Source: an uncultured bacterium (lineage in GTDB: Bacteria > Arandabacterota > Arandabacteria > Arandabacterales > Arandabacteraceae). Taken from it: DNA of 32,083 bases. Position 1 is the first letter of the stretch; the number at the start of each line of letters is the position of its first letter. A model generated the notes under the pieces. The model saw only the letters and a list, made by a program, of their open reading frames with translations. It did no database searches and was not told where the DNA came from. Where the stretch lies: assembly GCA_964356335.1 (NCBI GenBank), contig CAYHHI010000039.1, positions 1 to 32,083 of the forward strand, read 5' to 3'. Shown piece after piece: positions 8,018 through 17,184 of the stretch. The position numbers and the translations under genes were made by a program.

Positions 8018-9796
8018 ATGAATCGCAAGCACACGCTTACCTTGGTCGCCCTCTTAGGCTTTTATTGTATTTCTTACGTGATTCTCACATATCCCTTGAT
8101 ATTGAGATTCGGATCATGCTTCATCGGGGACAAATGGGATGCGTGCATCTTCGCATGGAATGTCTATAACTTCACGGACAGCATTCACCACGGCGTGAAT
8201 CCCTTCTTCACGGACAAGATATTCTATCCGTTCGGGGCCAGCCTCATCCTGCACGTATATGCTCCTCTATATGGCATCGTCGGACTCTTGACGGGCAATT
8301 GCGGCCTTGCCCTGAATGTCACCACATTCGCAAGTTTCGTGCTCTCAGGAATCGGGGCTTACCTCTTGTGCAACTACTATGTGAGGAATGGTCCGATATC
8401 AGCGCTCGCGGGTTTTGTTTTCGCCTATTGTCCATACAAGCTGGTTCATCTTCACGGGCACTACGATCTCATCCTGACCGCCGGCATCCCCTTCTTCATC
8501 CTCTTCTTTGTCAAGTCCTTCAAACAGACAGAGGGTCACAGGCTACCGGAGCTGGCCGATAGAAGGTCCTTCACAACCGCATTGGGGTTCTTCGGCCTCA
8601 CCGTGCTTTCGTGCTACTACTATGCCTTCTTCCTGATCGTCTTTGTCATTCTGTACTTTCTTTACTGGGGTGCCCGCGTATACGATATCAATCTATCCAA
8701 GAAGAAAGCCCTCAGGTACATCCTTATCGTCATCATTTTCTCAACCCTGATAGACAACATTTTCAAGTTCATTCACTTGGACAGGACCGGCGTAGCTACA
8801 AACGGCTTGGCCGGAAGCAGCGACCTATTTGCATTTCTTGTTCCGTCCGCCTATAGCAGATTCTTGGCATTCGATGCGGTCCGCCACATCAAGTTCGATA
8901 TCTTCCGGGTGAATACGGTCGAGACCACCGTATATATCGGCTACACGATCCTCGTCTTCGCCATAGCCTATTTTGTGACAAAGCAACATCGGAACGAAAA
9001 GCCTGAGACCAAGATGCTGTCATACATGGTAGGATGCTTCCTTGTTCTTGCGATGCCCAAAGTCCGCATCCTGGATGAGACCATTTTCAGTCTTCCGACC
9101 GCTCTCGTCCACTACATCCCATTGATCAACAATTTCAGGGCGCCCTACAGGTATTCGATAATGATAATGCTCTTCCTGCCGATCCTATCCGGTCTCTTTC
9201 TCAAAAGGTATGTTCTCGCGTCGATACCAAGACGTCTGCACTTTCTCTTCGTATCAGTTCTGATTCTTTTTCTCTTCATAGAATACATGCAGAAGGACTA
9301 TCCGATGGTCTGCAGGTATGAGGTGCCGAGGATTTACGACCAGCTCGCATCTAAGGAGGATGGCGTCCTATTGGAGATCCCATTTGGACTGAGAGATGGG
9401 TTCAGGAGACTGGGAGACGAAAGGACGGTCGAGCTGTACTACCAGACGATCCATCACAAGAAGATCCTGGCGGGAGTGATATCACGGCGCAGCCGGCGGC
9501 TTTTCAATCGCTTCCGGCAGCAGCCGTTGGCCTGGGACCTTATCAAAATGCAGGAAGACTCGTCATGGACGCCGGCAGCCCCTAATCGGGAAGAGGTGAT
9601 TGGTTTCCTGAACACATTCAACGTCAGGTACATACTGGTTCACCCAGAATACAGAAATGGCCGCATCGAACACCTGATTGAAGGCGCTTTCTCGGATTAC
9701 ATCACGGAGAGAGCCGAGATTGATGGATTTGCTCTGCTGACCCTCGGGCACGAGCCCCTGGGCTCTCGGGAATCGAATTCGCGGGGGCAGTTATAG
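8018..9796 (+). CDS. polytopic integral membrane protein, GT-C-fold glycosyltransferase-like (unassigned family); lower GC than flanks
   Basis: At least 12 hydrophobic helices with a C-terminal soluble domain of about 150 aa. Start moved to ATG 8018 (MNRKHTLTLVALLG...) because the 44-aa upstream extension begins with TTG and is non-hydrophobic. Codon usage visibly AT-richer (TTT/ATT/TAT/AAA) than neighbours. Confidence 0.75.
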   Translation: MNRKHTLTLVALLGFYCISYVILTYPLILRFGSCFIGDKWDACIFAWNVYNFTDSIHHGVNPFFTDKIFYPFGASLILHVYAPLYGIVGLLTGNCGLALNVTTFASFVLSGIGAYLLCNYYVRNGPISALAGFVFAYCPYKLVHLHGHYDLILTAGIPFFILFFVKSFKQTEGHRLPELADRRSFTTALGFFGLTVLSCYYYAFFLIVFVILYFLYWGARVYDINLSKKKALRYILIVIIFSTLIDNIFKFIHLDRTGVATNGLAGSSDLFAFLVPSAYSRFLAFDAVRHIKFDIFRVNTVETTVYIGYTILVFAIAYFVTKQHRNEKPETKMLSYMVGCFLVLAMPKVRILDETIFSLPTALVHYIPLINNFRAPYRYSIMIMLFLPILSGLFLKRYVLASIPRRLHFLFVSVLILFLFIEYMQKDYPMVCRYEVPRIYDQLASKEDGVLLEIPFGLRDGFRRLGDERTVELYYQTIHHKKILAGVISRRSRRLFNRFRQQPLAWDLIKMQEDSSWTPAAPNREEVIGFLNTFNVRYILVHPEYRNGRIEHLIEGAFSDYITERAEIDGFALLTLGHEPLGSRESNSRGQL

Positions 9797-10126
9797 GGGT
9801 CTCGCGGGGCGCAGCCATCACGAAAGGCCGAAGCGGGGGCTGGGTCGCAGGCGAATGTAGTTCTGAGCCGAAGATCAGCCCCGCAAGGCCGAACCATCGG
9901 GGTCTTGCCGTCGGGGTCTTCATGCCTCAGGCAGCGGCAGAAGCGCGGCTGCGTGTGCGGAACACGCCAATTCGGACATTGCGGCGCTCATGAGGAATCC
10001 AGGCGATGCCGATAAGGCCATGGAGTCTTGACATCGGCCTGCGGCACATATAGGCTTTGACCTGTTGGGTCTCATTGCTTGACAAAGGCTGTTGTCGCGC
10101 GCTCAAGTCGCGACGAACCGGCGAGA

Positions 10127-11134
10127 ATGCCCAAGGAGGCGAGCTTGGCTGAAAAAGTGCTTGTCACCGGAGGGGCGGGTTATGTCGGGTCGGTGGCGGG
10201 GACCCGCCTCCTAGAACTGGGCTACAAGGTCGCCGTCTATGACAATCTTTCCACAGGCCATAGAGAGGCCGTCCCACACGGGGCCGAGTTTAAGGCCGGT
10301 GACCTCGCGGACCGCAAGCGGCTTGGCGAAGTCATCGGTTCCTTCCAGCCTGATTTCGTGATGCACTTCGCGGCAAGTGCCCTGGCCGGGGAATCCTACG
10401 AGAAGCCGCTTGCTTACTACCAGAACAATGTTGGGAACGGGTTGAACCTTGTGGAGGGGATGGTCGCCGGCGGCGTAAGGTCCATAATCTTCTCGTCTTC
10501 ATGCTCGGTCTACGGAGAGCCCAAGACAGTCCCCATAACCGAGGAGGAACTCAAGAATCCCATCAATCCCTATGGCAAGACGAAGCTCGCGTTTGAGAAT
10601 CTGCTTGAAGATTGTGATAACGCGTATGGGCTCAAGAGTGTCTGCCTGAGGTATTTCAATGCGGCAGGTGCGAGCGCCACGCTGGGAGAGGACCACGATC
10701 CCGAGACCCATATAATTCCTAATGTTTTGCGCGCTGCCCTGGGGTCTCGGCGAGAGGTCGAGGTCTTTGGTGACGATTATGCTACGGCGGATGGTACATG
10801 CGTACGTGACTATGTGCATGTCGAGGACCTGGCTCAAGCCCATGAGAAGGCGCTCGCGGTCTTGAGGCAGGGCCGATCTGAGCGCATAAACCTTGGGAAC
10901 GGCAATGGCTTCTCGGTACTCGAGGTGGTGAAGGTCTCAGAGAAGGTCAGCGGCAAGCGCATACCCTTTAAGGTTGTCCCGAGGAGGAAGGGGGACCCTG
11001 CCACGCTGGTGGCAAGCGCAGCCAGGGCAAAAAACGTGCTCGGCTGGAGGCCGTCCTATACCTCGCTTGAGGCCATAATTGAGAGTGCGTGGCGGTGGCA
11101 TAAGGAGCATTTCTATGGATACAGAGGTAGATAA
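10127..11134 (+). CDS. galE: UDP-glucose 4-epimerase
   Basis: VLVTGGAGYVGS Rossmann motif, SSSCSVYG, YGKTK (YxxxK) catalytic motif, overall GalE-like length. Start ATG 10127; alternative TTG 10145 has AAGGAGG 5-6 nt upstream. Confidence 0.9.
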   Translation: MPKEASLAEKVLVTGGAGYVGSVAGTRLLELGYKVAVYDNLSTGHREAVPHGAEFKAGDLADRKRLGEVIGSFQPDFVMHFAASALAGESYEKPLAYYQNNVGNGLNLVEGMVAGGVRSIIFSSSCSVYGEPKTVPITEEELKNPINPYGKTKLAFENLLEDCDNAYGLKSVCLRYFNAAGASATLGEDHDPETHIIPNVLRAALGSRREVEVFGDDYATADGTCVRDYVHVEDLAQAHEKALAVLRQGRSERINLGNGNGFSVLEVVKVSEKVSGKRIPFKVVPRRKGDPATLVASAARAKNVLGWRPSYTSLEAIIESAWRWHKEHFYGYRGR

Positions 11135-13253
11135 GGTCGACGATCTCGCCGCACTCAAGAAGGCCAGGAAGTGCGTCTTGATTGAAGCCGAATGCGGGAG
11201 TCTTGCCGGCGACGAGGAGCCTTCCTGGGAAAGATGCCTTTCCTGTGCATCCGGTCAAGGCTTGCTGGCCTCCCCTGATCGGGCCAACCCTGAGCTCTTC
11301 AGAATCGCGCGAGACGTCCGGCTGAGGAACTGGCAGCTTGAACGCTGGAACCGCCGCATTGGTCTCTTGCTTGAGATCTTGAATCTCGTTCAGAGCGCCC
11401 GCGACCTTGAGACAACGCTTCGGATAATCCTTACCTGCGTCACATCGGGCTACTCGATCGGCTTCAACCGGGCTTTCCTTTTTCTGATCGATGAGGGCAA
11501 GGTGTGTCTCAGAGGTGCGATTGCGGTGGGACCTGCGACCAGGGAAGAAGCCCATGAGATCTGGAAGAACATAGAGGAGACTGCTCACAGTCTCGTGGAC
11601 ATAGTCTCTGCCTCAGGGATGGGTGGGAGGCGGGGTGATGCAGAACTGACCCGCTTGGTGAGGAGCATAAGTATAGATCTTGGTGAGGGAGGCTCCCTCC
11701 TCGTACAATGCATGGCAAAAGGGGAGGCCGTGATCAGTGACCCCTCCATGCTCCCTCGCCGTGACGCGCTTTCTATTCTTAATCTTCAGGCATTTGTCTG
11801 TGCGCCCATCGTGACTGCTGGAAAGTCTATCGGCCTGATTGTCGCTGACAACTTCATAACAGGTGAGTTGCCCGCTGAGGAACAGGTCACCCTGCTTAAG
11901 GCTCTGGCCGGTCAGGTTGGGCAAGCGATTGCCAACGCGACGCGCCACGAGGATGTCCAGCGGCGGCTTCAGGAGCTCTCGACCCTCACCGAAGTGAGCA
12001 AGGGGATTCTATGCACCACCGATCTCGAGACTGACCTCTGTCTTGTTGCGCGCATCTCAAGTCAGGTTCTGAATGCGCGAGGAGCGGTCCTGAGGCTGGT
12101 TGACGATGAGACGGGAGTGCTGGCCTCCAAGGCCATCTATGGTATCTCGATTGGCGAGATGGGCGGGCCTTCAGAGGAAGGCGCTCAGGCGATTGCCGAG
12201 GATGTCCTCAAGAAAGGCGAAGCGGTACTGATCAACGATACCCAGACTTATGTGGCGTTGGATACCGGCCTTGCGCGGAGGAAGAACCTCATCTGTGTTC
12301 CTCTCACGAAGGGCGACAGGGCGATTGGCACGCTCACTGTCTTCGACAAGATCCACGTCGAGTCGCTTGGCGACGAAGGTTTCGGGCACGACGACCTGCG
12401 GTTCTTGACGGTGCTTGCCGGGCAGGCTGCGATCGCCATTGAGAACGCCAAACTCTTTGACAACCTCAAGAAGACCGAAGCCCGAATCCAGGAACTCCAC
12501 CGGCATCTCTTGCGCTCAGAAAGGCTCGCTGCTCTGGGGGAGCTCTCCTCCCAGGTGGCGCACGAAATAAGGAATCCCCTCACCGCGATCGGCGGGTTCG
12601 CACGGTCAATCGCAAGAAAGATGGAATCCAGTGATCCCAACTTGGCTTACATCGAGATCATAGTAAAGGAAACGGAGCGGCTGGAACGCATCCTGACGGA
12701 GCAGCTCTGCTTTGCCAAACTCTCGCCTCCCGAGTTCAAGATGGAAGACATCAATAAGGTGATCATTGAAACCACAAGCCTCTTTGCCGAGAAGCTCGCG
12801 GCGAAGACCGCCCAGCTCGTGACCGACCTCGCGGGCGACCTCCCCGGGCTTCACATCGATGCAGACAAGATCAAGCAGGTTTTCATAAATCTCCTCCAGA
12901 ACGCGATCGAAAGCATTCCGGAAGGGGGGCGAATCGAGGTCTCGACCAAGAAAGTCGAGTGGACGGTTGAGGTGCGGTTTGCCAACAACGGGCCTCCAAT
13001 TCCTCGCGAGATGCTTGATAGGCTATTCGTTCCCTTTGCGACGACCAAAGCCGGCGGCTCCGGCCTGGGGCTTGCCATAGCCTATGAGATTGTCTATGAA
13101 CATGGGGGAACCATTGATGTCAAGAGCGAGGCAGATCGGGGCACGACATTCGTCATAACTCTTCCGCTTGCAGTTGAGGGGGAGAGGCGCAGAGGCCCCG
13201 TGGATCGAAGAAGTGCTATGCGTGACAGAAGAAGATACGGTAGAATTGGGTGA
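11115..13253 (+). CDS. cytoplasmic sensor histidine kinase with Cys-rich N-terminus and two GAF-like domains (HisKA + HATPase_c)
   Basis: AAGGAG RBS 7 nt before ATG 11115, overlapping galE 3' end. H-box HEIRNPLTAIGGF, N-box LLQNAIESIPEGG, G-boxes GSGLGLAIAYEIV. No N-terminal TM segments. N-terminal CX7C...CX2C. Confidence 0.9.
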   Translation: MDTEVDKVDDLAALKKARKCVLIEAECGSLAGDEEPSWERCLSCASGQGLLASPDRANPELFRIARDVRLRNWQLERWNRRIGLLLEILNLVQSARDLETTLRIILTCVTSGYSIGFNRAFLFLIDEGKVCLRGAIAVGPATREEAHEIWKNIEETAHSLVDIVSASGMGGRRGDAELTRLVRSISIDLGEGGSLLVQCMAKGEAVISDPSMLPRRDALSILNLQAFVCAPIVTAGKSIGLIVADNFITGELPAEEQVTLLKALAGQVGQAIANATRHEDVQRRLQELSTLTEVSKGILCTTDLETDLCLVARISSQVLNARGAVLRLVDDETGVLASKAIYGISIGEMGGPSEEGAQAIAEDVLKKGEAVLINDTQTYVALDTGLARRKNLICVPLTKGDRAIGTLTVFDKIHVESLGDEGFGHDDLRFLTVLAGQAAIAIENAKLFDNLKKTEARIQELHRHLLRSERLAALGELSSQVAHEIRNPLTAIGGFARSIARKMESSDPNLAYIEIIVKETERLERILTEQLCFAKLSPPEFKMEDINKVIIETTSLFAEKLAAKTAQLVTDLAGDLPGLHIDADKIKQVFINLLQNAIESIPEGGRIEVSTKKVEWTVEVRFANNGPPIPREMLDRLFVPFATTKAGGSGLGLAIAYEIVYEHGGTIDVKSEADRGTTFVITLPLAVEGERRRGPVDRRSAMRDRRRYGRIG

Positions 13254-13339
13254 GGGCGGCTGAGAATTTTCGATATAGGCAAACCCTGGAGATCGAAAGG
13301 CGTCGGCCAGACGGCAGAAGAGTCTGACGGGAGGACGAT

Positions 13340-13696
13340 ATGGCGAGAGTCCTGATAGTAGACGATGATGCGAGCCTGCGCATCCTTTATTCAAGAGAGC
13401 TTGCCGATGAAGGCTATGAAGTCAAGAGCGTATCATCCGGAAAAGAAGCCATAGATAGCATCGGCGCCGAGAGACCTGACGTCGTGATCCTCGACATAAA
13501 GATGGAAGGCATGGACGGGCTTTCGGTGCTTGATGAGATCATGAAAAGGGACAAGACCATACCTGTCGTCTTGAACACGGCATATTCAACTTTCAAGTCG
13601 GATTTCACAACGTGGAGCGCGGATGCCTACGTCGTCAAGTCAAGTGATTTGACGGAACTCAAGGAGACAGTCAGACAGATACTGCAGTCGGTATGA
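13340..13696 (+). CDS. single-domain response regulator (CheY-like receiver)
   Basis: LIVDDD acidic pocket, phospho-acceptor in VVILDIKMEGMDG, conserved T/K later (LNTAY...K). 118 aa with no output domain. Confidence 0.9.
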   Translation: MARVLIVDDDASLRILYSRELADEGYEVKSVSSGKEAIDSIGAERPDVVILDIKMEGMDGLSVLDEIMKRDKTIPVVLNTAYSTFKSDFTTWSADAYVVKSSDLTELKETVRQILQSV

Positions 13697-13758
13697 ATGC
13701 GCGCCGATTACGTTTCGCTTGACACGCAAAACCCATCAAGATAACTTCGAAATGTGAT

Positions 13759-13834
13759 GTCGCGGTAGCTCAGCTGGTAGAGCACAGGACTGAAAATCCT
13801 GGTGTCCCCGGTTCGATTCCGGGCCGCGACACCA
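13759..13834 (+). tRNA. tRNA-Phe (anticodon GAA), CCA encoded
   Basis: Cloverleaf folds by eye: acceptor GTCGCGG/CCGCGAC, D stem GCTC/GAGC, anticodon stem CAGGA/TCCTG with loop CTGAAAA, T stem CCCGG/CCGGG with TTCGATT, 3' ACCA. Confidence 0.9.
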
Positions 13835-13841
13835 CCTTAAC

Positions 13842-13914
13842 GCTGGTGTAGCTCAGCTGGTAGAGCAGCGCACTCGTAATGCGCAGGTCAGCGGTTCGAT
13901 TCCGCTCACCAGCT
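13842..13914 (+). tRNA. tRNA-Thr (anticodon CGT), no encoded CCA
   Basis: Acceptor GCTGGTG/CACCAGC, D arm GCTCAGCTGGTAGAGC, anticodon stem GCGCA/TGCGC with loop CTCGTAA, T arm AGCGGTTCGATTCCGCT, discriminator T. Confidence 0.9.
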
Positions 13915-13919
13915 TCATT

Positions 13920-16673
13920 TTGAGGCCAAGCAATTTGATTCGCGTTGCTTTCTTCATACTGCTGGGTGTGGTTGCTGCCTTTGCTGTCCTCTCTGTGAAG
14001 ATCATAGGCGAAGACGAGTTATGGCTCGTCGGCGAGGGCGACCAGGTAAGAGAGCTGCAAGGCGGCGTGAACCTCGTAAGGCCGTTTGCCGCGATAAGAC
14101 GATATGACCTCAGGGCGCGGTACGCCATGACCGGCGAGGCCGGACTCCGCATCCCTCTCAAGAAGGGTGAGAGTGCCAATCTTGATTGTATTCTTGAGGC
14201 GCGCCTTGAGAGAGACAAGATCAAGGCTCTGGACCGCGAATACGAGGGGAGGATACTCGAGAGGCTCCTCAGGCCCCTCCTCGGGAGAGAAATCACAGCG
14301 GCCCTGCGAGCCAGTCCCGACCCCAAGGAAGTCTCCCTTGATTCAACAGGCGCCGGTGTTAGAGCACGCCTCAATGCGGCGACCGAGCCCCTGGGCATCG
14401 AGATCACCTCGGTGGATCTCAAGAATCTGGAGGTGTCGAGTGCCCTGCCGCCGGGGCTCACCCGGACCGAGGGCCTGAAGGTCTTCATCCTGGGTTTTGA
14501 CGGCTACGACTGGATGCTGGCCGATCTTATCTCTGAGACGCATAGCCTCCCCAACATCGACCGAATCAGGCGCCAGGGCTCCTGGGGGAATCTGCGGTCG
14601 ATTGAGCCCCTTGTCTCTCCGCTTATCTGGACGACGATTGCAACCGGAGTGACCCCGGACATCCACGGCATCACCGACTTCCTGGTCAAGGATGAGAGGA
14701 CAGGAGCAGAAATCCCGGCGACAAGCACGATGCGGAGGGTTCCTGCGATATGGGACATCGCCTCTTTGCTGGGGCTCCGCTCCGGCTTCGTGGGGTGGCT
14801 TGCGACCTATCCTGCCGAGGAGGTCGAGGGCTTCATGGTAAGCGACCGGGTTGCCTACCATATGTTCGATCCGGGGTGGCATGGCGGCAGAGAAGAGACT
14901 CCCGCCGAGGGCCTCACTTACCCGCCGGAGCTCGTGCGGGAAATCCGGCCGCTATTTGTCGAACCCGAAGATGTAGCCAAGGAACTCGCCATTTATATAA
15001 ATGGGCCTGTGGGAAACCTCAAGAAACAATTCGATCCTCTCGACCCTGTGAGCAACTTGAGGCTCATCATCTCAGGCTACGCTACCTATGAGGGCATAGT
15101 GAAGAAGTTATATCCTGCTTCAAGACCCGATCTGGCTGGCGTCTATTTTGAGTTCACAGACAGTGCCTGCCACCTTTTCATGAGATACATGGCGCCCCCA
15201 ATGCTTGGAGTCACCCGCGAAGAGGCTGAGCGGTACGGTGACGGAATTGCCGCCACATATCTTGAGGCAGACCGAATCTTGGGCGAGGTCATCGAGATGA
15301 TGGACGACAAGACGGTGCTCATAGTTCTTTCCGACCATGGGTTCAAATCGGGCGACATGCGGCCGATGAGCGACTCGAGGATTGGTATCGGGCAGGCGAT
15401 CTCCTGGCACAGGCTGAATGGCGCGATCGCCCTCTATGGCCCAAGCATCAAGCGGGGATACCAGATCGGTGATGCAAGTGTCCTGGACATTGCGCCCACC
15501 GTGCTTCATATCGCAGGACTTCCCGTTGATAAGAAAATGCCGGGCAGGGTGCTCTCTGATGTGCTTGAAGATTCCTGGGTGAAGGCCCATCCCGTGCGGT
15601 TCACAGCCCAATACGATTCCCTGATCACTGGCGAGGGCGGGGTTTCAGGCGGCCCTTCACCTGCCGATCAGGCGCTCAAGGACAAGCTTCAGTCGCTTGG
15701 ATACGTTGCCGGCGGCAATGCTTCGCTGGTCAACATGGCCAACTTCTATCACAAGAACGGGCGCTTCGCCGAGGCCATCGAAATATGGAAGAAGCTGGTC
15801 GAGCAAGATGCGAATGACATGGGCGCAAGGACCGGACTGAGTAACGCTTACTTCGAAGTGGGCAAGGTTGACAGCGCGATCGCCGGGCTCCACGCGGTGC
15901 TCCATAGGGATGCCCGCAACATGGAGGCCCTGAGGAGTCTGGCCACCGTCCTCGTGCGGCAGGGCAAGGGGCAAGAGGCCTTGAGACTTGCTGATGACGC
16001 GCTCAAGATTGACCCAGGCGATGGGGATTCGCATTTCAATCGGGGTCTCGCTCTGGAGCTCGTCGGTAAAAGGGAGGAAGCCGCCGAGGAGTACCGGCAG
16101 GCAGTGCGCTTCGCTCCTGACCTCGCGGAGCCCTATGCCAATCTCGCCCAGATGTATACGGACAAGGGCCAGGCGAAAGATGCTCTTGCCGCCGCCGAGA
16201 AAGCGGTTGATCTCGCGCCAGGCAAACCCGAGATGCATTGTGTTCTAGGCCAGGCATTTGAACTCAATGGCAGGCCCGAAGAGGCCCTCAACCATTACAT
16301 GACGTCGCTCAGGTTGGATGCCCATTTTGCTCCTGCATATATCGGTGCATGCGGCGTGCTGCTTGCGCAGGCTAAAACCGATAGCGCCCTCGCGCTTTCC
16401 GATAGGGCCCTCAAAACATCATCGCAGTACGGCCAGTATCTGCATAACCTGAAGGGCATGGCTCATCTTGCCCGGCGCGAGACTGGGAAGGCAGCAGAGG
16501 AGTTCGAGGCTGCCCTTCGTGCTGACGGCACCTTCTTACCCGCACGCATCAATCTGGCCAGAGTCTATATCGCCCAGGGGAAGACTGCAGAAGCCAAGCG
16601 AGAGCTCCAGGCTGTTCTCGCGGTCCAACCGGCCAACCAAGAGGCACGTGCCATGCTTCAGGGTCTGCGGTAG
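13920..16673 (+). CDS. membrane-anchored multidomain protein: N-terminal TM helix + SPFH/band-7 (HflC-like) domain + type I phosphodiesterase/nucleotide pyrophosphatase (alkaline-phosphatase superfamily) domain + C-terminal TPR repeats
   Basis: TM RVAFFILLGVVAAFAVLSV. HflC-like segments (LRIPLKKGES..., ARLNAATEPLGIEITSVDLKNLEV). NPP-family motifs VFILGFDGYDW, SPLIWTTIATGVTPDIHGI (Thr nucleophile), LSDHGF. At least 7 TPR-like repeats in the last ~330 aa. Start codon uncertain (TTG 13920 or TTG 13935) and abuts tRNA-Thr. Confidence 0.85.
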   Translation: MRPSNLIRVAFFILLGVVAAFAVLSVKIIGEDELWLVGEGDQVRELQGGVNLVRPFAAIRRYDLRARYAMTGEAGLRIPLKKGESANLDCILEARLERDKIKALDREYEGRILERLLRPLLGREITAALRASPDPKEVSLDSTGAGVRARLNAATEPLGIEITSVDLKNLEVSSALPPGLTRTEGLKVFILGFDGYDWMLADLISETHSLPNIDRIRRQGSWGNLRSIEPLVSPLIWTTIATGVTPDIHGITDFLVKDERTGAEIPATSTMRRVPAIWDIASLLGLRSGFVGWLATYPAEEVEGFMVSDRVAYHMFDPGWHGGREETPAEGLTYPPELVREIRPLFVEPEDVAKELAIYINGPVGNLKKQFDPLDPVSNLRLIISGYATYEGIVKKLYPASRPDLAGVYFEFTDSACHLFMRYMAPPMLGVTREEAERYGDGIAATYLEADRILGEVIEMMDDKTVLIVLSDHGFKSGDMRPMSDSRIGIGQAISWHRLNGAIALYGPSIKRGYQIGDASVLDIAPTVLHIAGLPVDKKMPGRVLSDVLEDSWVKAHPVRFTAQYDSLITGEGGVSGGPSPADQALKDKLQSLGYVAGGNASLVNMANFYHKNGRFAEAIEIWKKLVEQDANDMGARTGLSNAYFEVGKVDSAIAGLHAVLHRDARNMEALRSLATVLVRQGKGQEALRLADDALKIDPGDGDSHFNRGLALELVGKREEAAEEYRQAVRFAPDLAEPYANLAQMYTDKGQAKDALAAAEKAVDLAPGKPEMHCVLGQAFELNGRPEEALNHYMTSLRLDAHFAPAYIGACGVLLAQAKTDSALALSDRALKTSSQYGQYLHNLKGMAHLARRETGKAAEEFEAALRADGTFLPARINLARVYIAQGKTAEAKRELQAVLAVQPANQEARAMLQGLR

Positions 16674-16824
16674 CAGAAGCATCGGCAAGCCTCACAGAAG
16701 AAACTCCCTCAATGAACTATCTTCAAAGAAATCTCCTCAATCAATTCTCCTCAAAAGAGCTAATGCCCCTAACCTGGTCTGCCGAACTACGGTCGGGGCG
16801 CGGCTCGTAAACGGAGGTGTAGAG

Positions 16825-17073
16825 ATGATGAAGAAACGCCCGACCAAGAAGCAGTGGACCAACATGGACTATGTGAAGCCCATGGTAAAGAGTGCCTGGC
16901 AGGGTATGTACACGTGCTGGACTAACCCTGCGATGTGGTCAGACCAGGTAGTGTACAGAACTCTCAGGCAGGTTGGCGGCAAGCCATACACTGCCCGTGA
17001 CGTGCGCTCCATAATCAGGACCTACTGCAAGGTGATGAGGGAGCAGGTCAAGAAGTCGATGGTTTGGATGTAA
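16825..17073 (+). CDS. hypothetical small basic protein (82 aa)
   Basis: GGAGGTG SD 5 nt upstream of ATG 16825 (internal Met of track ORF 16468..17073, whose upstream part overlaps the preceding gene). Followed by a strong hairpin terminator. No recognisable motifs. Confidence 0.55.
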   Translation: MMKKRPTKKQWTNMDYVKPMVKSAWQGMYTCWTNPAMWSDQVVYRTLRQVGGKPYTARDVRSIIRTYCKVMREQVKKSMVWM

Positions 17074-17115
17074 GAACCCAAGTTCGTTGGTAAGGACGAG
17101 CCGCGATGACAACTC

Positions 17116-17147
17116 GGGGGGAGTCAGCTCGAACGAGTGACTCCCCC
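17116..17147 (+). terminator. intrinsic-terminator-like hairpin downstream of the small ORF
   Basis: GGGGGAGTCAGCTCG-AA-CGAGTGACTCCCCC: about a 14-bp stem with one bulge, then TTCGTACTAATCT. Confidence 0.5.
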
Positions 17148-17184
17148 TTCGTACTAATCTGACGGAAGAAACGAAAGGCCTCAT

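Noticed and set aside
9797-10078. possible ncRNA or small ORF in the 330-bp gap before galE
   Set aside because: Contains a hairpin (GCGGGGGCTG...CAGCCCCGC), a CGGGGTCTT tandem repeat and several TTGAC-like boxes, but no coding potential and no recognisable ncRNA family signature. Left as unannotated intergenic/regulatory DNA.
10968-11588. 206-aa ORF on - strand
   Set aside because: Antisense to the galE 3' end and the histidine kinase 5' end, both well supported. No start context.
14343-14882. 179-aa ORF on - strand (and other 60-160-aa ORFs inside 13920-16673)
   Set aside because: Antisense or out-of-frame within the well-supported SPFH/NPP/TPR gene. Arg/Pro-rich translations characteristic of GC-rich noise.
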